A program made the translations under genes and the position numbers. Shown here piece after piece: positions 58,271 to 64,000 of a stretch of 64,000 bases of DNA (position 1 is its first letter; each line of letters begins with the position of its first letter). This DNA is from the human T2T-CHM13v2.0 reference genome, Homo sapiens. The notes under the pieces are model-generated. The model ran no database searches. It saw only the letters and a list, made by a program, of their open reading frames with translations, and was not told where the DNA came from. The stretch lies in NCBI RefSeq assembly GCF_009914755.1, contig NC_060926.1. One strand, given 5' to 3'.

Positions 58271-59239
58271 TTTCAAAGTGGGTTAGTTTGCTTCAGGTCC
58301 AAAGGTTCAGAGATATTCATAAATTGCCCATTACTCTCTCCAGTGACAAATAATTCATAATTGATATCTGAAATGATTGGCTTTGAAAAAGTTTCTAAGC
58401 CTAAATACTGTATAATGATTGACTGATAGATCATGGATCCTCTCTAAGTAACTATCCAAACTGGCATCCACGTCACTGCTATGAGCTCACTCCACACCCC
58501 ACCTGTCTGCATTGGAGTACCCCAGGTGGAAGTACAGCTGACAATGACACTCTTCCAGCCTCTCCACTCAAGGCCTCCTCTGTCACGATTTCTCTCACAT
58601 GTCCATACAAAGGTTGGGGACAATGATAAATGGATGCCTTCACAGGAAGCTGAAGAATGCCACTGTAGACAGAGCTGAACTTGATGACGTGTTAGAAGGA
58701 GTCATCAAACTCCTTCTAACTTGATGACGTGTTAGAAGGAGTCTAGGGTATTTTTCATTTTGAAGGTGGTAAACTTTTGCATCCAGCAGCATTTTAGTAC
58801 TTTTTCATTTGTACCCACATCAACAAGATATATGTCTTGATTTATTTAGAATTCTAAAGGTTTACATGGTTGAGTTAGTTTTTAGAGATCCTTTCTTGGG
58901 AAAGATCAACTTATATTTGGGGTTTGCTTGCTCCATTAAAAAAAACATCAAAAGCTTGCTGTCACTTGTACTTCTCCTACTAAACCTTATTTCTCTCTTT
59001 CCTCCTACAACTACTGATAAAATTTAAAAGCACAAAAATTTAGAAATACAGCTTTATTTCAGTTTCATGACTCAATTTCATCCAAAGTCTTTAAATGCAT
59101 CTTTGACGTCAATGTCTTCATCATCGCTAAAGGTTCTGAGTCAAAGGTTCTGAGTCAGCACACAGTTCTCCACAGGACATCATCTTTACTTCTATATCAA
59201 TTATTTAGAAATAATTTCTCTGTATGCCCTCAATGGAAA

Positions 59240-60015
59240 GACAATGTGGTATACTACTTGGTGGTAAAAAGAATGAAATCCTGGCATTTGAAGCAACATG
59301 GATGGAACTGAAGATTATATGTTAACTGAAATAAGCCAGACACAGACAAATATCACATATTCTCAGTCATAGGTGGGAGCTAAAAATGTTGATCCCATAC
59401 AGGTAGAGAGTAGAATGATGGTCACCCAGAGGCTGAGAAGGGTGTGTGAGGGTGGGGAAGGATGAAGAGAGGTTGGTTAATGGGTACAAACACAGAGTTA
59501 GATGGGAGGAACAAGTTCCAATGTTCAACAGCAGAGCAGGGGGGTGACTATAGTTAACAATAATGTATTGTATATTTCAAAATAGAAAAGAGAACTTGAA
59601 ATGTTCCCAACACACAGCAATGATAAATATTCAAGGTGACGGATACCCTAAATACCGAGTTGTTTTTTTTTTAACTTTTAAGTTCATGAGTACACGTGCA
59701 GGATGTGTGGGTTTGTCATACAGGTAAACATGTTTCATGGGGGTTTGTTGTACAGATGATTTCATCACCCAGGTATTAAGCTTGGTATCCATTAGTTATT
59801 TTTCCTGATCCTCTCCTTCCTCCCACCCTCCACTCTCCAACAGACACTGGTGTGTGTTGTTTCCCTCTATGTGTCCATGTGTTCTCAGCATTCAGCTCCC
59901 AGTTATAAGTGAGAACATGAGGAAATACCCTGACTTGATCACCGCACATTCTATGCACTTAGCAAAATATCACATGTATTCCATAAAAATGTACAAATAT
60001 TATGTATCAATAAGA
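59240..60015 (+). mobile_element. L1M 3' UTR interrupted by an antisense L1PA-type 3' fragment (~59663-59921)
   Basis: aaaaagaatgaaatcctggcatttg...atggatggaactg. The insert begins with poly-T aacttttaagttca and ends gtgagaacatg. Confidence 0.8.
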
Positions 60016-60424
60016 ATTGTTAAAAATTAAATTTAATGTTTTCTGCACACATAATAAGCTTGATAAAATGAGAATATGGGGAAACCTGCACCCAACAATT
60101 TGAGGAATTTTTTAAGCACAATTTCTTAGGAAAATTGTTTAGATGCTAGGCCCTAAAAGAAATCTCAACTCTACCAAAGAATCATTATCATACAGAATAT
60201 CATCTCTCACCAAAATTCAATAATTAACACAAAGCATCAAAGAATACAAAAAAGTCTCATGTGTTTAGAAATTTTAGAAATTGCCTTAACTTTACAATTG
60301 GATCCATGCATATTAGAAAAAAAGAATTTTAAAAAAAGAATTAACTGAATAACCATGTTAAGAAATAAGAAATTAGTAACATGGTTTGATCCTTACATGT
60401 TTTCTCTTGTCTAAATATTATCTG

Positions 60425-61575
60425 TAAGTTGACAATTCCCAAATTTGTATTTCCAAACCACACATATCCCTGAAAGTGCACTTGATGTGTTAGAAGCAGT
60501 CTATAATGCTTTTCATTTTGAAGATGGTAAACTTTTGGATCCAGCAGTACTTTAGTACTTTTTCATTTGTAACTTTCTCCAGTATACCCACATCAATAAG
60601 ACATGTGGCTTGATGTATTTAGAATCCTAAAGGTTTACATGGTCAAGTTACACACCCCCACTCCAGACATACAAACTCCCTATCTGACACCTCCATTTGG
60701 ATGTCAAAAAGGACTCAACACATCCAAAATGGAGCTCTTACCCTACCCAAGCTTGTTCTACCTATAGTAATCCTCATCACCATCCTTCCAGCTGTGCAGG
60801 CCAAACTGACCTCTCCTTCTCACTCTCCAGTATTTGTCAGCAAATACTGTTGCCCTAAGTACATCCAATGTTCGTGTATCTTATCACCTCTTATTACCTC
60901 TACTGTTATCCACCTCGTCCACCCAAGTCTTCCTCTCACCTTTTTCAAAAGCTGACTCCTTCCTTCCATCCTGACTCTGCTTTAGTCTATTCTCTACAGC
61001 GGCCAGAAAGAACATCCTTTTAAAATGGAAGTCAGATCAGTCAAAGCAATCCAAACACATCCTCTTGTCACTTAGTCCTTACAATGGCATATAAGACCCT
61101 CTACCATCTAGCCCTCATAATATCTTTGATTTCATTTCCCTCTTGCTAATTTAACTCCCCCTCTACCAGCTTTTTGATGTTCCTTAAACATGCTAGGTAT
61201 GCTTTGGCTGCAGGGCCTTTGCCCAGCCTGTTCCTTTGGCAAGGAATGCTCTTCCTCCAGATACCCAAAAGGGTAACTCCATCACCTCCTTCAAGCTGAT
61301 GTTCAAATGTCACTTTTCATTAAGGCCTAAAGCAATTATTAAAAATGGCAACCCACTAGACCTCCAATACTGCCCATCCCTCTTTCCCTATTTTGCTGTT
61401 CTATATAGCACTTATTACCTTCTAATATATAATTTATTTATTTATTAAGATTTTTGCCTGTTTCCCACCACTAAAAAACAAGCTTCATGAGAGCAAAGAT
61501 TGTTTTGTCTGTTTTTCTTTAAGTGAGGCCTGGAACATATTAAGTGCCCAATAAATATTTGCTGAATGACTGATA
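60425..61575 (+). mobile_element. L2 fragment interrupted at ~60475-60660 by a duplicated segment
   Basis: tcccaaatttgtatttcc...ccctgaa | ctccaga...catccaaaatggagctc...aataaatatttgctgaatga. Confidence 0.75.
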
Positions 61576-61699
61576 AACAGAGAAAATCTGAAGATAACGA
61601 AAGGAATAATAAGACAAAAGCAGGAATCAGTAATTATCTGTTTCATTTCATGATAATTACTAACAATTTTGACATATAAAGGAAAGGGCTGTTAAATAT

Positions 61700-62705
<1,006 letters not shown>

Positions 62706-63050
62706 ATCATTTTCCTTCTCCTCGAAACATACCCTTTACAAATTCCTTTAGCGAGGTTCCTTTAGTAGTGAGCATTTTTATTCATCTGCAAATGTTTTTG
62801 TCTTTGCCTTTCTTGACAGGTATTTTCTCACTGGGTATACAATTTTAGGATTATTATTTTCCTCTCAGTTCTTGGAAGATCGTATTCCACTCTCCTTTGG
62901 TTTCTAATGTTGCTCTTCAGAAGTCAGCTCTCTGTGAAATTGTCAATTCTTTGTAAATAATCTTCTATTTGTTTTTAGTATCTTTTCTTTGTCTCTGGGG
63001 TCCTCTAGCTTTACTATGATGTGTGTAGGTATGAATTTTCTTTTAGATTC

Positions 63051-64000
<950 letters not shown>

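Overview
Primate (almost certainly human) genomic DNA, mostly intronic and rich in interspersed repeats. I recognise three consecutive coding exons of DTNB (beta-dystrobrevin) on the minus strand: 36169-36092 (78 nt), 8790-8701 (90 nt, symmetric cassette) and 4931-4844 (88 nt). They splice in frame to (V)[85 protein letters not shown], the syntrophin-binding region. The rest is roughly 45 Alus, old L1/L2/MIR fragments and DNA transposons (near-full-length Tigger1, piggyBac-type MER75, MER2, a Tigger3 derivative, MER58A, MER5, MER3/33), plus simple repeats. Nearly all listed ORFs are Alu, repeat or chance ORFs. I see no prokaryote-type system, CRISPR array or RNA gene. The best leads are candidate unannotated splicing elements around the syntrophin-binding exons: an alternative acceptor or poison micro-exon at 36190-36209, a possible truncating exon at 32375 and a possible vestigial DTNA-like exon near 9.1 kb. 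Other leads are a young AluYa-lineage insertion, a poly(A)-only insertion with target-site duplication (TSD), and a template-switch scar with a local duplication at 58.7/60.5 kb. Repeat boundaries and subfamily names are by-eye estimates from recalled consensus sequences.
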